Assembly: GCA_934513685.1 (NCBI GenBank)
Contig: CAKSWY010000002.1
Span: 57,946-121,945, forward strand
Reading direction: 5' to 3'
Origin: an uncultured Oscillospiraceae bacterium
GTDB lineage: Bacteria > Bacillota > Clostridia > Oscillospirales > Ruminococcaceae
Length of the DNA stretch: 64,000 nucleotides
The stretch's first letter is position 1, and each line of letters starts with the position of its first letter. The notes beneath the pieces were generated by a model. The model was not told where the DNA came from, did no database searches, and was given only the letters and a program-made list of their open reading frames with translations. Position numbers and translations under genes: made by a program. Shown piece after piece: positions 48,353 to 57,380 of the stretch.

Positions 48353-49417
48353 TTAGCCCTCCTTCTTTTCTTTGCCAAACTTTTTCCGCAGCTTTTCGGT
48401 CATCTGCTCGCGCCACTGAATCATGGCCGGGGCAGAGTTGAAGAGCATCATCAGGATCAGCACGATGGCGTAGATGAGCATCCGGTAATCGTTCAGGCTG
48501 CGCAGCAGCTCCGGCAGCACGGTAAGCAGCGCCGCCGCGAGGATGGAACCCAGCATATTGCCCATGCCGCCCAGCACCACGAACACCAGAATCAGAATGG
48601 AGGTGTTGAAGTCAAACTTGGTGGCAATGATGGCGTTCTGGGCCTGGCCGTATAGGGCACCGCCTGCACCGGCAATGGCCGCAGAAATGACAAAGGCCAT
48701 CAGCTTGTACTTGGTCACATTGATGCCCACGCTTTCCGCGGCGATGCGGTTGTCCCGCAGGGCCATAATGGCGCGGCCGGCCCGGCTGTTCACCAGATTG
48801 AAGATCACGAACAGCGCAATGAGAATGAGGATAAAGCCGGCGGCAAACGTGGCCGTCTTTTTAATGCCGGGCACGCCCATAGGGCCGCTGAGAATCATGC
48901 GGCCGCCCTCACCCAGCACAATGGTGTTGTTCAAAAAGCTGGCGTGCAGGCCGTTCACATCCATGCCGATGTACAGGTTGTTCACGATGGACTTGATGAT
49001 CTCGCCGAAGGCCAGCGTAACAATGGCCAGATAGTCGCCGTTCAGACGCAGAACGGGAATGCCGATGAGCACGCCCACAATGGCCGCCAGCGCGGCGCCC
49101 ACCAGAACGGCCACGGTAAGCCGCAGCGCGGAAGAAGGCACGGAATCCTGCATGGCCGAGGCCGTGACCGCGCCCGCAAAGGCGCCGACGCTCATAAAGC
49201 CCGCATGGCCCAGGCTCAATTCGCCCAGAATGCCCACGGTCAGGTTCAGGGAAAGGGCCATCAGCACATAGGCGCAGATGGGCACCAGCTGGCCCTTCAT
49301 GGTGGAGGACAGCACCCCGGCGCTGCCCAGAGCCTGGAACAGCACGAAGGCCGCCACCACCACGGCATAGGTGATCACATTGGTGCGCAATGTTTTATTG
49401 GTACGCAAACTTCTCAT
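48353..49417 (-). CDS. livM: Branched-chain amino acid ABC transporter permease LivM
   Basis: 354 aa polytopic permease; RBS GTAAGGTGG. Confidence 0.85.
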   Translation of the reverse strand: MRSLRTNKTLRTNVITYAVVVAAFVLFQALGSAGVLSSTMKGQLVPICAYVLMALSLNLTVGILGELSLGHAGFMSVGAFAGAVTASAMQDSVPSSALRLTVAVLVGAALAAIVGVLIGIPVLRLNGDYLAIVTLAFGEIIKSIVNNLYIGMDVNGLHASFLNNTIVLGEGGRMILSGPMGVPGIKKTATFAAGFILILIALFVIFNLVNSRAGRAIMALRDNRIAAESVGINVTKYKLMAFVISAAIAGAGGALYGQAQNAIIATKFDFNTSILILVFVVLGGMGNMLGSILAAALLTVLPELLRSLNDYRMLIYAIVLILMMLFNSAPAMIQWREQMTEKLRKKFGKEKKEG

Positions 49418-49426
49418 AGTTCCACC

Positions 49427-50347
49427 TTACACTTTCTCGCGGATCTGCTTACCCAGCAGACCGGTGGGCCGCACCAGCAGCACAACAATCAGCACGGCGA
49501 ACACAATGGCATCCGACAGCTGGGTGGAGATGTACGCCTTGGCGAAAATCTCGATCACACCCAGCAGAATGCCGCCCAGCAGTGCGCCGGGGATGGAGCC
49601 GATGCCGCCGAACACCGCCGCGGTGAATGCCTTGATGCCAGGCATGGAGCCGGTGGTGGGCACCAGGGTGGGATACGCCGAGCACAGCAGCACGCCCGCA
49701 ATGGCGGCCAGTGCCGAGCCGATGGCAAAGGTGAGGGAGATGGTGGTGTTCACGTTGATGCCCATCAGCTGGGCCGCACCCTTATCCTCCGAGCAGGCCT
49801 GAATGGCCTGGCCCATCTTGGTGTGCTCAGTAAACCAGGTGAGCACCAGCATGATGACCACGCACACCGCAATGGTGATCAGGGTGGCATACGAAACGCT
49901 CAGCTGGCCGCCCGCGAACTGAATGCCGCTTTTCACGGTCTGGGTGCCGTCGGCGTTCTGCTGGGTGACCACCAGGAAGGACGGGAAGATCTTGGGGTTG
50001 GAAGTCCACAGCAGCTGGGCCGCGTTCTGCAAAAAGTAGCTCACGCCGATGGCGGTGATCAGCACGGCCAGCGAAGGCGCAGAGCGCAGCGGCTTGTAAG
50101 CCAGCCGCTCAATCACCATGCCGAGCACGGTGCACACCACCATGGCCAGCAGCACGCCCACAATGGGAGGCAGCCCAAAAGTGGACACCGCAAAGAAGCA
50201 GATGTACGCGCCCACCATAATGATGTCGCCATGGGCAAAGTTCAGCATTTTTGCAATGCCGTATACCATGGTATAGCCCAGGGCGATGATGGCGTACACA
50301 CTGCCCAGGCTGATGCCGTTGATCAGGTGGTTCAGGAAGGTAAGCAC
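49427..50347 (-). CDS. livH: Branched-chain amino acid ABC transporter permease LivH
   Basis: ~307 aa from GTG 50347 (RBS GAGGTG); LINGISLGSVYAIIALGYTMVYG N-terminus typical of LivH. The six-frame ORF is over-extended upstream. Confidence 0.8.
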   Translation of the reverse strand: MLTFLNHLINGISLGSVYAIIALGYTMVYGIAKMLNFAHGDIIMVGAYICFFAVSTFGLPPIVGVLLAMVVCTVLGMVIERLAYKPLRSAPSLAVLITAIGVSYFLQNAAQLLWTSNPKIFPSFLVVTQQNADGTQTVKSGIQFAGGQLSVSYATLITIAVCVVIMLVLTWFTEHTKMGQAIQACSEDKGAAQLMGINVNTTISLTFAIGSALAAIAGVLLCSAYPTLVPTTGSMPGIKAFTAAVFGGIGSIPGALLGGILLGVIEIFAKAYISTQLSDAIVFAVLIVVLLVRPTGLLGKQIREKV

Positions 50348-50489
50348 AAATACACACCTCAATTTCTGTCTGGGGCCCGAAGGCTCATTCCGGGCGTTCC
50401 GCAACGGAACCCGCAAGGACCGGGATCAGCCCCTGTTTGTGATTTCCGCACAAAGCTACGTGCTTTGGCGGACCGATCGGCCGCAAGGC

Positions 50490-50531
50490 CGGAATGCAAA
50501 AGAAGGGCTGCCGGAACCCGGCAGCCCTTCG
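50490..50531 (-). terminator. Intra-operon attenuator/terminator hairpin between livJ and livH
   Basis: On the minus strand, the perfect stem gaagggctgccgg / ccggcagcccttc is followed by TTCTTTTGCATTCC; a ~245-nt gap separates livJ from livH. Confidence 0.45.
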
Positions 50532-50593
50532 GGGCCTTGAATTCAATTCGACAGCCCTTGCAAACGCAGGGTAATGATGCAGTCGGCCGTGCC

Positions 50594-51823
50594 TTAGTCC
50601 ATGCCGATGTAAGCGCCGTTCTCGATCACCATGCCCTTGGGGCTCTTGGTCACTTCGCCGCTGGTGCTCCAGGTCATGCCCTCGCCGGTCAGGCCGTCAA
50701 ACACGAAGTTGGGAGAGGTGAACTGAGCGATCAGGGCATCGCACATATCACTGGCAGAAGCATCCGCAGCCACACCGGACTCGGTCAGAGCCTGATAGAT
50801 AGCGTACACGCAGTCGTAAGCGTCCGCCGCAAACTGGTTGGGGGTCTCGCCGTACTTCTCGTTGTACTTGTTCACAAAGCTCTTGGTCTTTTCGTCCTGA
50901 GCATCGGCGTTGAAGGGAGTCAACAGAATGACGCCCTCAGCCAGGGACTTGTTGAAACCGTCCAGAGTCAGAATGCCGTCCATGCCGTCCACGCCGAAGA
51001 ACTTGGGTGCATAGCCGATGTTGTTGGCCTGGGTCAGAATCAGAGAAGCCGCATCGTAGTACATGGGCAGGAACAGCAGATCGGCGCCGCTGTTCTTGGC
51101 ATCGTTGATCTGCACGGAGAAGTCGGTCTGGCTGTCCGAGGTGAAGGTGGTGGTGGAAACCACGTCCAGACCCAGCTCCTGCGCCTTGTTCATGAAGCTG
51201 TTGTAAATGCCGGTGGAGTACACGTCATCGTTCTTATAGATGATGGCGATCTTGGTGCCCAGGTTCTTCTCGCTGATGTACTGCGCAGAAGCGGAGCCCT
51301 GGTTGGGGTCCATGAAGCACATCTGGAAGGCATTGTCCTTGCGGGGCACGTCGATGGTGCCGGTCAGGGGGTTGGCCACGCCGCCCAGAACGTCGGTGCT
51401 GGAAGCGGAGGGGGTCAGCAGGAAGATGTGGTCGCCGTTGCTCTCAGCAGAGGTGGCAACGCAGGGGGTGGAAGTAACGGAGCCCAGGAACACCTGCATA
51501 CCCCAGTCCTTCAGGGTGTTGTAGGCGTTGACGGCCTTCTCGGCGTCGTGGGTGTCGTCCTCGTACTTCAGGTCGAGCTGCAGGCCACCCAGAGCATTGA
51601 TCTCCTCAACGGCGATCTCCGCGCCGCGCTTGGCCGCGTTGCCGTAAATGGCTGCGCCGCCGGTCAGGGGGCCGGTGCCGCCGATTTTGACGGCGCCCTC
51701 AGCAGCGGTGCTGCTGGAAGCGTCGCCGGCTTCCGAAGAAGCCGCAGAACTGCTGCTGCCGCCGCAGGCCACCATGCTGAACGCCATGGCCAGGGCAAGA
51801 CCCATACAGATCACTTTTTTCAT
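50594..51823 (-). CDS. livJ: Branched-chain amino acid ABC transporter substrate-binding lipoprotein LivJ/LivK
   Basis: ~409 aa from ATG 51823 (RBS AAGGAGGG); lipoprotein signal MKKVICMGLALAMAFSMVACGG; type-I periplasmic binding fold. Confidence 0.85.
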   Translation of the reverse strand: MKKVICMGLALAMAFSMVACGGSSSSAASSEAGDASSSTAAEGAVKIGGTGPLTGGAAIYGNAAKRGAEIAVEEINALGGLQLDLKYEDDTHDAEKAVNAYNTLKDWGMQVFLGSVTSTPCVATSAESNGDHIFLLTPSASSTDVLGGVANPLTGTIDVPRKDNAFQMCFMDPNQGSASAQYISEKNLGTKIAIIYKNDDVYSTGIYNSFMNKAQELGLDVVSTTTFTSDSQTDFSVQINDAKNSGADLLFLPMYYDAASLILTQANNIGYAPKFFGVDGMDGILTLDGFNKSLAEGVILLTPFNADAQDEKTKSFVNKYNEKYGETPNQFAADAYDCVYAIYQALTESGVAADASASDMCDALIAQFTSPNFVFDGLTGEGMTWSTSGEVTKSPKGMVIENGAYIGMD

Positions 51824-51942
51824 TGTAGTTCCCTCCTTGATGGTTAACCCGCATCTCCAAAGCACTCCGGCCGTTGCAGCCGTACACTTGGCTCGGCCGC
51901 CCTCTTCTTCGTGCCTTTTCTTTGGGGATGTGATGACTTTTA

Positions 51943-51970
51943 TTATACTGGTTTCCATTTCCTCCTGCAA
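51943..51970 (-). promoter_or_regulatory. Candidate promoter for the liv operon (minus strand)
   Basis: Minus-strand TTGCAG, 16-nt spacer, TATAAT, ~120 nt upstream of the livJ ATG. Confidence 0.4.
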
Positions 51971-52245
51971 TAGAATATTTCACCATAGATTTCTCTCATT
52001 TTTACCTGTTTTCCGCCACTATTCACAGAAATTTTTATATTTTTTGGATAGTTGCGCCAAAATGTGTTTCTATGACGTACACACTCGTTTTTCGTTCGAT
52101 TTCACTCGCCCCGTTTTCAGGCGAAGGCCCTCCCCTTTAGCACTGCTCCGGGCAAAATATTCTCCCCCACCGCATTGCAAATACCGAAAGATTCTGACAT
52201 AATAGGTTTATATCGTTTTGTTCTGCCGCAGCCCGGCAGTGAGGA

Positions 52246-52277
52246 GACGCCGCGCGGGGCCTTCCCCGCGCGGCGGA
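52246..52277 (+). promoter_or_regulatory. GC-rich perfect hairpin in the xpt 5' leader (function unknown)
   Basis: cgccgcgcgggg-cctt-ccccgcgcggcg: 12-bp all-GC stem with a 4-nt loop, ~45 nt upstream of the xpt start, with no U-tract after it. Confidence 0.35.
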
Positions 52278-52320
52278 CCGGGCGTCGGCCATTCCAATCA
52301 AATAAATGGGGGCATTTGCT

Positions 52321-52908
52321 TTGAAACTTCTGGAAGATCGTATCCGCAAAGATGGCCAGGTGCGGGCCGGCAACGTATTAAAGGTAGACTGCTTTTTGAA
52401 CCACCAGCTGGATGTGCGCCTGCTGGACGCCATCGGCGCAGAGTTTTACCGTCAATTCAAGGATGCCGGCATCAACAAGATCCTGACCATCGAGGCTTCC
52501 GGCATTGCCATTGCCTGCATGACGGCCCGATACTTTGATGTGCCCGTAGTGTTTGCCAAGAAGGCCAAGAGCAAGAATCTGGACGGCGATGTGTACACCT
52601 CCGTGGTGCATTCCTACACCTACGGCCGCGATTACAACATCACTCTGGCCCAGAAATTCCTCGGCCCCGAGGATCGGGTGCTGATTGTGGACGATTTTCT
52701 GGCCGTGGGCAAGGCCATGAGCGGTCTGCTGGATGTGTGCCAGCAGGCTGGCGCCCAGGTGGGCGGCATCGGCATTGCCATTGAGAAGGGCTTCCAGTCC
52801 GGCGGCGCTGCCCTGCGGGCGGCGGGCTATCGGCTGTCCAGTCTGGCCATTGTGGACGCGATGAATGAGGAAACCGGCGAGATCACGTTCCGTCCCCAGG
52901 AGGATTGA
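52321..52908 (+). CDS. xpt: Xanthine phosphoribosyltransferase
   Basis: ~195 aa; [14 protein letters not shown]-terminus, PRPP-binding motif [13 protein letters not shown]. Start at TTG 52321 (RBS GGGGG) or ATG 52306. Confidence 0.85.
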   Translation: MKLLEDRIRKDGQVRAGNVLKVDCFLNHQLDVRLLDAIGAEFYRQFKDAGINKILTIEASGIAIACMTARYFDVPVVFAKKAKSKNLDGDVYTSVVHSYTYGRDYNITLAQKFLGPEDRVLIVDDFLAVGKAMSGLLDVCQQAGAQVGGIGIAIEKGFQSGGAALRAAGYRLSSLAIVDAMNEETGEITFRPQED

Positions 52909-52940
52909 GCGGCTTTCCCCCGGCTTTGAGCACCCTATAA

Positions 52941-52990
52941 GAAGCAGAAGCGGCAGGTCCCAACGGATCTGCCGCTTCTGCTTTTGTTGT
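52941..52990. terminator. Bidirectional terminator between xpt and the Ubl-operon terminal gene
   Basis: Perfect 14-bp stem agcagaagcggcag / ctgccgcttctgct with TTTTGTTGTTTCC after it. Confidence 0.75.
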
Positions 52991-53091
52991 TTCCGGCCGC
53001 GAACGTTTCCCTTACGTTTTACAACACCATTATAAAGCACTATTGCAGAAATCAAGTGATATGCGCCGCTGCATCATGGTGCGGCGGCGGC

Positions 53092-53718
53092 TCAGGCGAA
53101 CGGATTCTTCCCCTCGTCCACCGGCTCCCGCAGGGCGTGAAGCAGCGGCAGCGGGTTCTGCTTGTACAGCGCATAGCCCAGTCCAAGGGCCGCGCCGAAC
53201 GCACCCCCACCCAAAAAGTCGTGGCCGCCTTCAAACAGCAGCCCCGCCGCCAGCAGGCAGCCGCCCATCCACAGCAGGTAGCGCAGAAGGACCCGTCCTC
53301 TGGCCTCCAGCGCTTCCCGCTTGTGCCGGTTGACCGCCCGGGTGTATTGCAGGGCCTGGCCGTCCAGCCCGTGCAGGCGTTCCAGTGTTTCCCAGCTTTT
53401 TCGGGCGGGCGCGATCATCAGGGGAAATGGGGCCAGATTTTCAAAATTTTCCGTGGCCGCCTGCAGCGTCAGCCGATACAGGCGAACCTCGTCGGGCTGT
53501 TGATTCATTAAGGGGGTCAGCAGATCGACCGCCTCTTGCCAGTTTCCGGCCCGCAGATGGCGCACCGCCCGGTCAACGTCCTGGTCGAAGCGGCGAAGCT
53601 GCTCTTCCTGTGCAGGGTCCGCCACCGGCCAGCCGCAGCAGTCGCACTCCCGCCGCATCCGGTTCCGGTTGTAATGGCAGGCCGGGCAGCCGCATTGTGG
53701 GCACCGCCAATCGCTCAT
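53092..53718 (-). CDS. Zinc-ribbon plus transmembrane protein (last gene of the Ubl/E1/E2/JAB operon)
   Basis: 208 aa; N-terminal CPQCGCPACHY...CDCCGW zinc-ribbon-like cysteine cluster, helical middle, C-terminal hydrophobic segments (LLWMGGCLLAAGLLF...AFGAALGLGYALY). Confidence 0.5.
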   Translation of the reverse strand: MSDWRCPQCGCPACHYNRNRMRRECDCCGWPVADPAQEEQLRRFDQDVDRAVRHLRAGNWQEAVDLLTPLMNQQPDEVRLYRLTLQAATENFENLAPFPLMIAPARKSWETLERLHGLDGQALQYTRAVNRHKREALEARGRVLLRYLLWMGGCLLAAGLLFEGGHDFLGGGAFGAALGLGYALYKQNPLPLLHALREPVDEGKNPFA

Positions 53719-53754
53719 CCTGTCACCTTCTCTCTGTTCTCCGGTTTCGTTTTG

Positions 53755-54342
53755 TCAGTGCCGGGGCGGCTTTGCGGGCAGCGGCGGCACCACTTTGTTC
53801 CGGGGTGCCGGGTCAGCTGCCGGGGCAGGCTCCGGGCGGTACGGCGCACACAGCACCGGCGACGGCTCCGCCGCCTGCTGGGCATACCCGTCGTCCGCGC
53901 ATTCCGTCCGGTCATCCGCCGCCGGTTCCTCCGGCTCCAGCCAATCCAGAGGCTGCACGGCGGGCAGCTCACTGTGGGCAGTGGCTGCCGCCATCGGGAT
54001 CAGCACACCCAGAATGGCCAGCGTCATCGCCGCCATGGCAAAGCCCGCCGTGCGCAGGCTGGCGTTCACCGCCAAAAGCACCGCCCCCACCAGAATGGTA
54101 AAGGCCTGGGCCGCCCCGGCCAGCGCCGCTGCACCGGCGGCCCGTCGCAGGCCATACCGCCAGCACAACAGGCAGGCGTAAAGCGGCAACGCCAGAGTAA
54201 GCACGGTGCCCACCCCATGCACCAGCCAGCGGGCCGCCGCCATGGCAGGGGCCAGCCAGAAATAAAACAGCTGAGGCAGGGCCATCAAAGCCAGCAGCGC
54301 GGGCAGCACCATCCACCAAAACCGATTCGTGTTCCGCTCCAT
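53755..54342 (-). CDS. Small polytopic membrane protein with Pro/Ala-rich C-terminal tail
   Basis: 195 aa; RBS AGGAGGATG; 4-5 predicted TM helices. Confidence 0.5.
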   Translation of the reverse strand: MERNTNRFWWMVLPALLALMALPQLFYFWLAPAMAAARWLVHGVGTVLTLALPLYACLLCWRYGLRRAAGAAALAGAAQAFTILVGAVLLAVNASLRTAGFAMAAMTLAILGVLIPMAAATAHSELPAVQPLDWLEPEEPAADDRTECADDGYAQQAAEPSPVLCAPYRPEPAPAADPAPRNKVVPPLPAKPPRH

Positions 54343-54373
54343 GTTTCATCCTCCTGTTCGTTTGCCGTGTGAT

Positions 54374-55441
54374 TCATTCCAATCCGGTTCCGTTCGTCCC
54401 ATGGTTCGTGTGCAGCGGCTGGCCGCAGTGGGGGCAAACCGCCGCCTGCGGGCTGACGCTGCCGTGACAGCAGGGGCACTGCCGCAGCCGCCCCGGCAGC
54501 GGCGGCGTACCCGCCGGGCCGCCGGTTTGGGCCATCGTGCCCACCGTCTGCTGCAAAGTAGGCCAGAGCTGGCTCAGCAGCAGTGCCTGCGCCAAAGGTG
54601 CGGCCATCCCGCCGCCGCTTGCCTGCCCGGCGCTGCTGCCCCGGGCAGGCAGGCCCGTCATGGCTTCCGCCAGCGTGCGCCGGTCCAGGTTTCCGCCCCA
54701 GATCCGTTCCAGATGGTCCTTCTCCAGGTCGGTCTGCGTGCGGCCCGCGGCCTCTTTGCCTTCCAGCTCGTGCAGGCGCGCCCAGCCTTCCTCGGGAATG
54801 TTCACGGCCGTCACCGCAAACTGTTCCAGGCTCAGGCCAAACTCTGCCAGCGCCTGGGACAGCGGGCCGCGGGTCTCGGCCCCAATGGCCCCAAGACTTC
54901 GGTTAAACTCCACAATGGTGTGGCGGTTGAGCGCCCCGGCCAGAGTCTGCCGCAAGGGGGCCAGCACCAGCTGGCGCAGGCAGGGCTCCAGATCCTCGTC
55001 CGAGAACACGGCCTGATAGGTGCCCACCATCGTTTCCAGCGTCTGCAGCGGGTCCGCAATGCGGTAGGCCAAGCTGCACGAGGCCAGCGCCTCCATGGTC
55101 AGCCGGTAGCGCCGCTCCTCAAAGGGGATCGGCCCGGTGCCCAGCTGCATGAAGTTCGTTCTCTGGGTGGACACAAAGAACACGGTCACGCTCACCGGTG
55201 CTTCCCCACCGGTCATCAAATTGCGCAGCCGCACGAAGAAGGGGTCCACCCCGGTCATTAATTCGTAGCGCCCGGGCCAGTACGGCCCGACCACCTGCCC
55301 GTTAAGGGCGACAAAGGCCTGGGTTCCGGCCGGCACCAGCAGCACACTGCCGTTTACCACCGTCCGCCCCGGGCCGCAAAGCTCCGGCATCACGCGAATC
55401 AGGCTGCTTCCGCCCGGATCACGAATCACCCGCTGCAGCAT
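54374..55441 (-). CDS. SPFH/band-7 domain protein with C-terminal zinc ribbon
   Basis: 355 aa; RBS AGGAGGTG; SPFH-like core (PVSVTVFFVSTQRTNFMQLGTGPIPFEERRYRLTMEALASCSLAYRIADP); C-terminal CPCCHG...CPHCGQ zinc ribbon. Confidence 0.65.
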   Translation of the reverse strand: MLQRVIRDPGGSSLIRVMPELCGPGRTVVNGSVLLVPAGTQAFVALNGQVVGPYWPGRYELMTGVDPFFVRLRNLMTGGEAPVSVTVFFVSTQRTNFMQLGTGPIPFEERRYRLTMEALASCSLAYRIADPLQTLETMVGTYQAVFSDEDLEPCLRQLVLAPLRQTLAGALNRHTIVEFNRSLGAIGAETRGPLSQALAEFGLSLEQFAVTAVNIPEEGWARLHELEGKEAAGRTQTDLEKDHLERIWGGNLDRRTLAEAMTGLPARGSSAGQASGGGMAAPLAQALLLSQLWPTLQQTVGTMAQTGGPAGTPPLPGRLRQCPCCHGSVSPQAAVCPHCGQPLHTNHGTNGTGLE

Positions 55442-55460
55442 GGGTACACCTCCTGTTGAT

Positions 55461-56441
55461 TCAGCGGCTCGCCTGTTTCATAAGGGCAACGGCCCTCAGC
55501 GAAGCCACATGGTAAATGTTCCAGCATCCCGGCAGGCCGCGCAAGGCCTCGTGGATCGCCCGGCCCATCTGCGCATCGGTACACGGCGGCTGCATCTGCC
55601 CGTAGGCCATGCCGCCCTGCGCGGCACCGCTGCGCAGATGGCCGGTCAGCTCTGCCAGTGAGCAGACGCTGTGCCCGTGCAGCCGGTAATAGCTGTACGC
55701 CTCGGTGCGGCAGACGGGCAGGCCCTGCCCGGCAAACCCGCTGTGGTCCCGCGAGATCTGCTCGTCCGTCAGGTTGAAATACCGGTAGAGCATCGCGCCT
55801 TTCCCCGGCTTCTCCCAGGTCACATCGCAGTGCACCGGTTCGCCGTTCAGCCAGACCATCGCCCAGCAGTGGCCCTCCGTGCGCCCTCTCCCGAGGATTT
55901 GAACGCAGGCCACCCCGGCCCGGCGCAGGCAGTACAGCAGCAGGGCGTTCTGCCCCTCGCACACGCCCCGTGCGGTCAGCAGCGGCCCCACCAGATTGTG
56001 CTCCTGCTCGCTTCGGGTGTTCTGGTAGCGCAGCTGCCGGGCCAGCCGAATGTAAATGAGTTCTTCCCGCTGCACAAGGCTCAGGGCCGCCGTTCCGGCC
56101 ATCAACGGCAACATTTTCTGCCGGAAGGCCGCCTGCAATGTCTCGATTTCCGCAGGCGTATACAGCATTTGCAGCCGAAGCTTCCCTTCCTGCCCGCCGC
56201 GGTATAAGAAGGTCATCTGCCGCCCGAGGAAGAAGTACTCCGGCCGGTCATGCCGCAGGGCCTTGCAGGCAGCAAAGGCATCGTCGTATGCCCGTTCCCA
56301 CTTTTCCAGCGTCAGCGGAACCTCGGCGCGGTAATCTCCCCCGGCCAGGCGACGGTCCAGCTCATCGTAGAACCGCCTCGCCTGCCCGGGCGGCAGCCGG
56401 TCCCTGTAAAAACAGCGGCCCAGGGCGTGCGGCTCGCTCAT
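55461..56441 (-). CDS. Transglutaminase-like cysteine protease-fold protein
   Basis: 326 aa; RBS GGAAGAGGAGGG; the ATG overlaps the JAB stop (ATGA/TGA coupling). Cys-His-Asp triad context GVCEGQNALLLYCLRRAGV...GHCWAMVWLNG...HCDVTW. Confidence 0.7.
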   Translation of the reverse strand: MSEPHALGRCFYRDRLPPGQARRFYDELDRRLAGGDYRAEVPLTLEKWERAYDDAFAACKALRHDRPEYFFLGRQMTFLYRGGQEGKLRLQMLYTPAEIETLQAAFRQKMLPLMAGTAALSLVQREELIYIRLARQLRYQNTRSEQEHNLVGPLLTARGVCEGQNALLLYCLRRAGVACVQILGRGRTEGHCWAMVWLNGEPVHCDVTWEKPGKGAMLYRYFNLTDEQISRDHSGFAGQGLPVCRTEAYSYYRLHGHSVCSLAELTGHLRSGAAQGGMAYGQMQPPCTDAQMGRAIHEALRGLPGCWNIYHVASLRAVALMKQASR

Positions 56442-56442
56442 G

Positions 56443-57339
56443 TCAGCCCTCCTCTTCCTTCGGCCTGCCCGGAATCGTCAGTGTGACGCGCACTTTGGTG
56501 CAGCGGCGCAGCTTTCCGGTAACACAGCGGACGGTGCCTTTTGCCCCGTCCATGCGCAGGCAGCGGCTGGCCAGCTTCATCAATGCCTCCACCGGGAACT
56601 CCGGCATGGGGTGCTCCGTCTCCGCCGGGTGCGGCGCTTCTTTGGCCGCGGCCTTTGCGGTGCGGCGGCACACGATCACCTGGGCATTCTCAAAGTTTTT
56701 GCCGATGCTGGCCAGCATCTGGCGGCGAATGGGGTCGCACACAAAGATGCACACCGGCGCTTTGGCCGCCCGGGCTTCTCCGCTGCTGCGGTCCGTCCCG
56801 GACCAGAACACGCCCAGATCCGGGTGGGTGTGGCCCTCCAGGCAGTATTCACTGGGCCCGTACTCCAAAAACGGGTCCACCACGCACCCTTGGGCATCCC
56901 GGTTGAAGCGCTTTTCGTCCCGAAGGTACTCGTCCCGGTAATACTCCAGAAAGTCCAGCCCCGGGTTGTTCTCCCCGTTGGGGCCAAGGCCGGAGGCGGA
57001 GCTTCTCGTCCGGTTCATGGTGTGCACCTGCAGAAAGTGGCTGACCACCACGTTCACCCGGCCGTCCTTCTCCAGGAAGAAATGCCCCAGCCCGATGTAT
57101 TTCTGCTCCAAATGGTTCATGGGGGAACGGCGGCCGTAGCTCACCATCATGGTCAGTTCTTCGGCGGCTTCCGGCAGAAAGAACACGTAGTGTCGGCCCT
57201 TGCCGTGGCGCTCTGCCTGAAAGCTGCCGCAGTTCTTCTCAATCACCGCGGCGATCTCCACCGCGCTCAGCACCGGATACGTGCGGGACGGCGTAATGGG
57301 GCGCGGCGGCAACGGCGGGCAGTTCGTTTTCACTTCCAT
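56443..57339 (-). CDS. JAB/JAMM (MPN+) metallo-isopeptidase
   Basis: 298 aa; RBS AAAGGAGAA; JAMM zinc motif EGHTHPDLGVFWSGTD = H-x-H-x7-S-x2-D, with upstream Glu. Confidence 0.8.
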   Translation of the reverse strand: MEVKTNCPPLPPRPITPSRTYPVLSAVEIAAVIEKNCGSFQAERHGKGRHYVFFLPEAAEELTMMVSYGRRSPMNHLEQKYIGLGHFFLEKDGRVNVVVSHFLQVHTMNRTRSSASGLGPNGENNPGLDFLEYYRDEYLRDEKRFNRDAQGCVVDPFLEYGPSEYCLEGHTHPDLGVFWSGTDRSSGEARAAKAPVCIFVCDPIRRQMLASIGKNFENAQVIVCRRTAKAAAKEAPHPAETEHPMPEFPVEALMKLASRCLRMDGAKGTVRCVTGKLRRCTKVRVTLTIPGRPKEEEG

Positions 57340-57380
57340 CGCATGTTCTCCTTTGCTTGCGGGCCTTGCCCGGAGGTTCT

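Noticed and set aside
48944-51847. 967-aa plus-strand ORF
   Set aside because: Antisense to livH/livJ; Gly/His/Gln/Ala-rich nonsense composition.
51824-52000. T-box leader upstream of the liv operon
   Set aside because: No AANNNGGGTGGNACCGCG T-box sequence on the minus strand of the livJ leader. Only a sigma-A-like promoter was found.
52060-52300. Expected guanine/purine riboswitch upstream of xpt
   Set aside because: Scanned for the conserved J1/2 and J2/3 elements (UAUA...GGAUAUGGC...UUUCUACC...CCGUAAAU) and found none. Only GC hairpins are present, reported separately as an unexplained leader structure.
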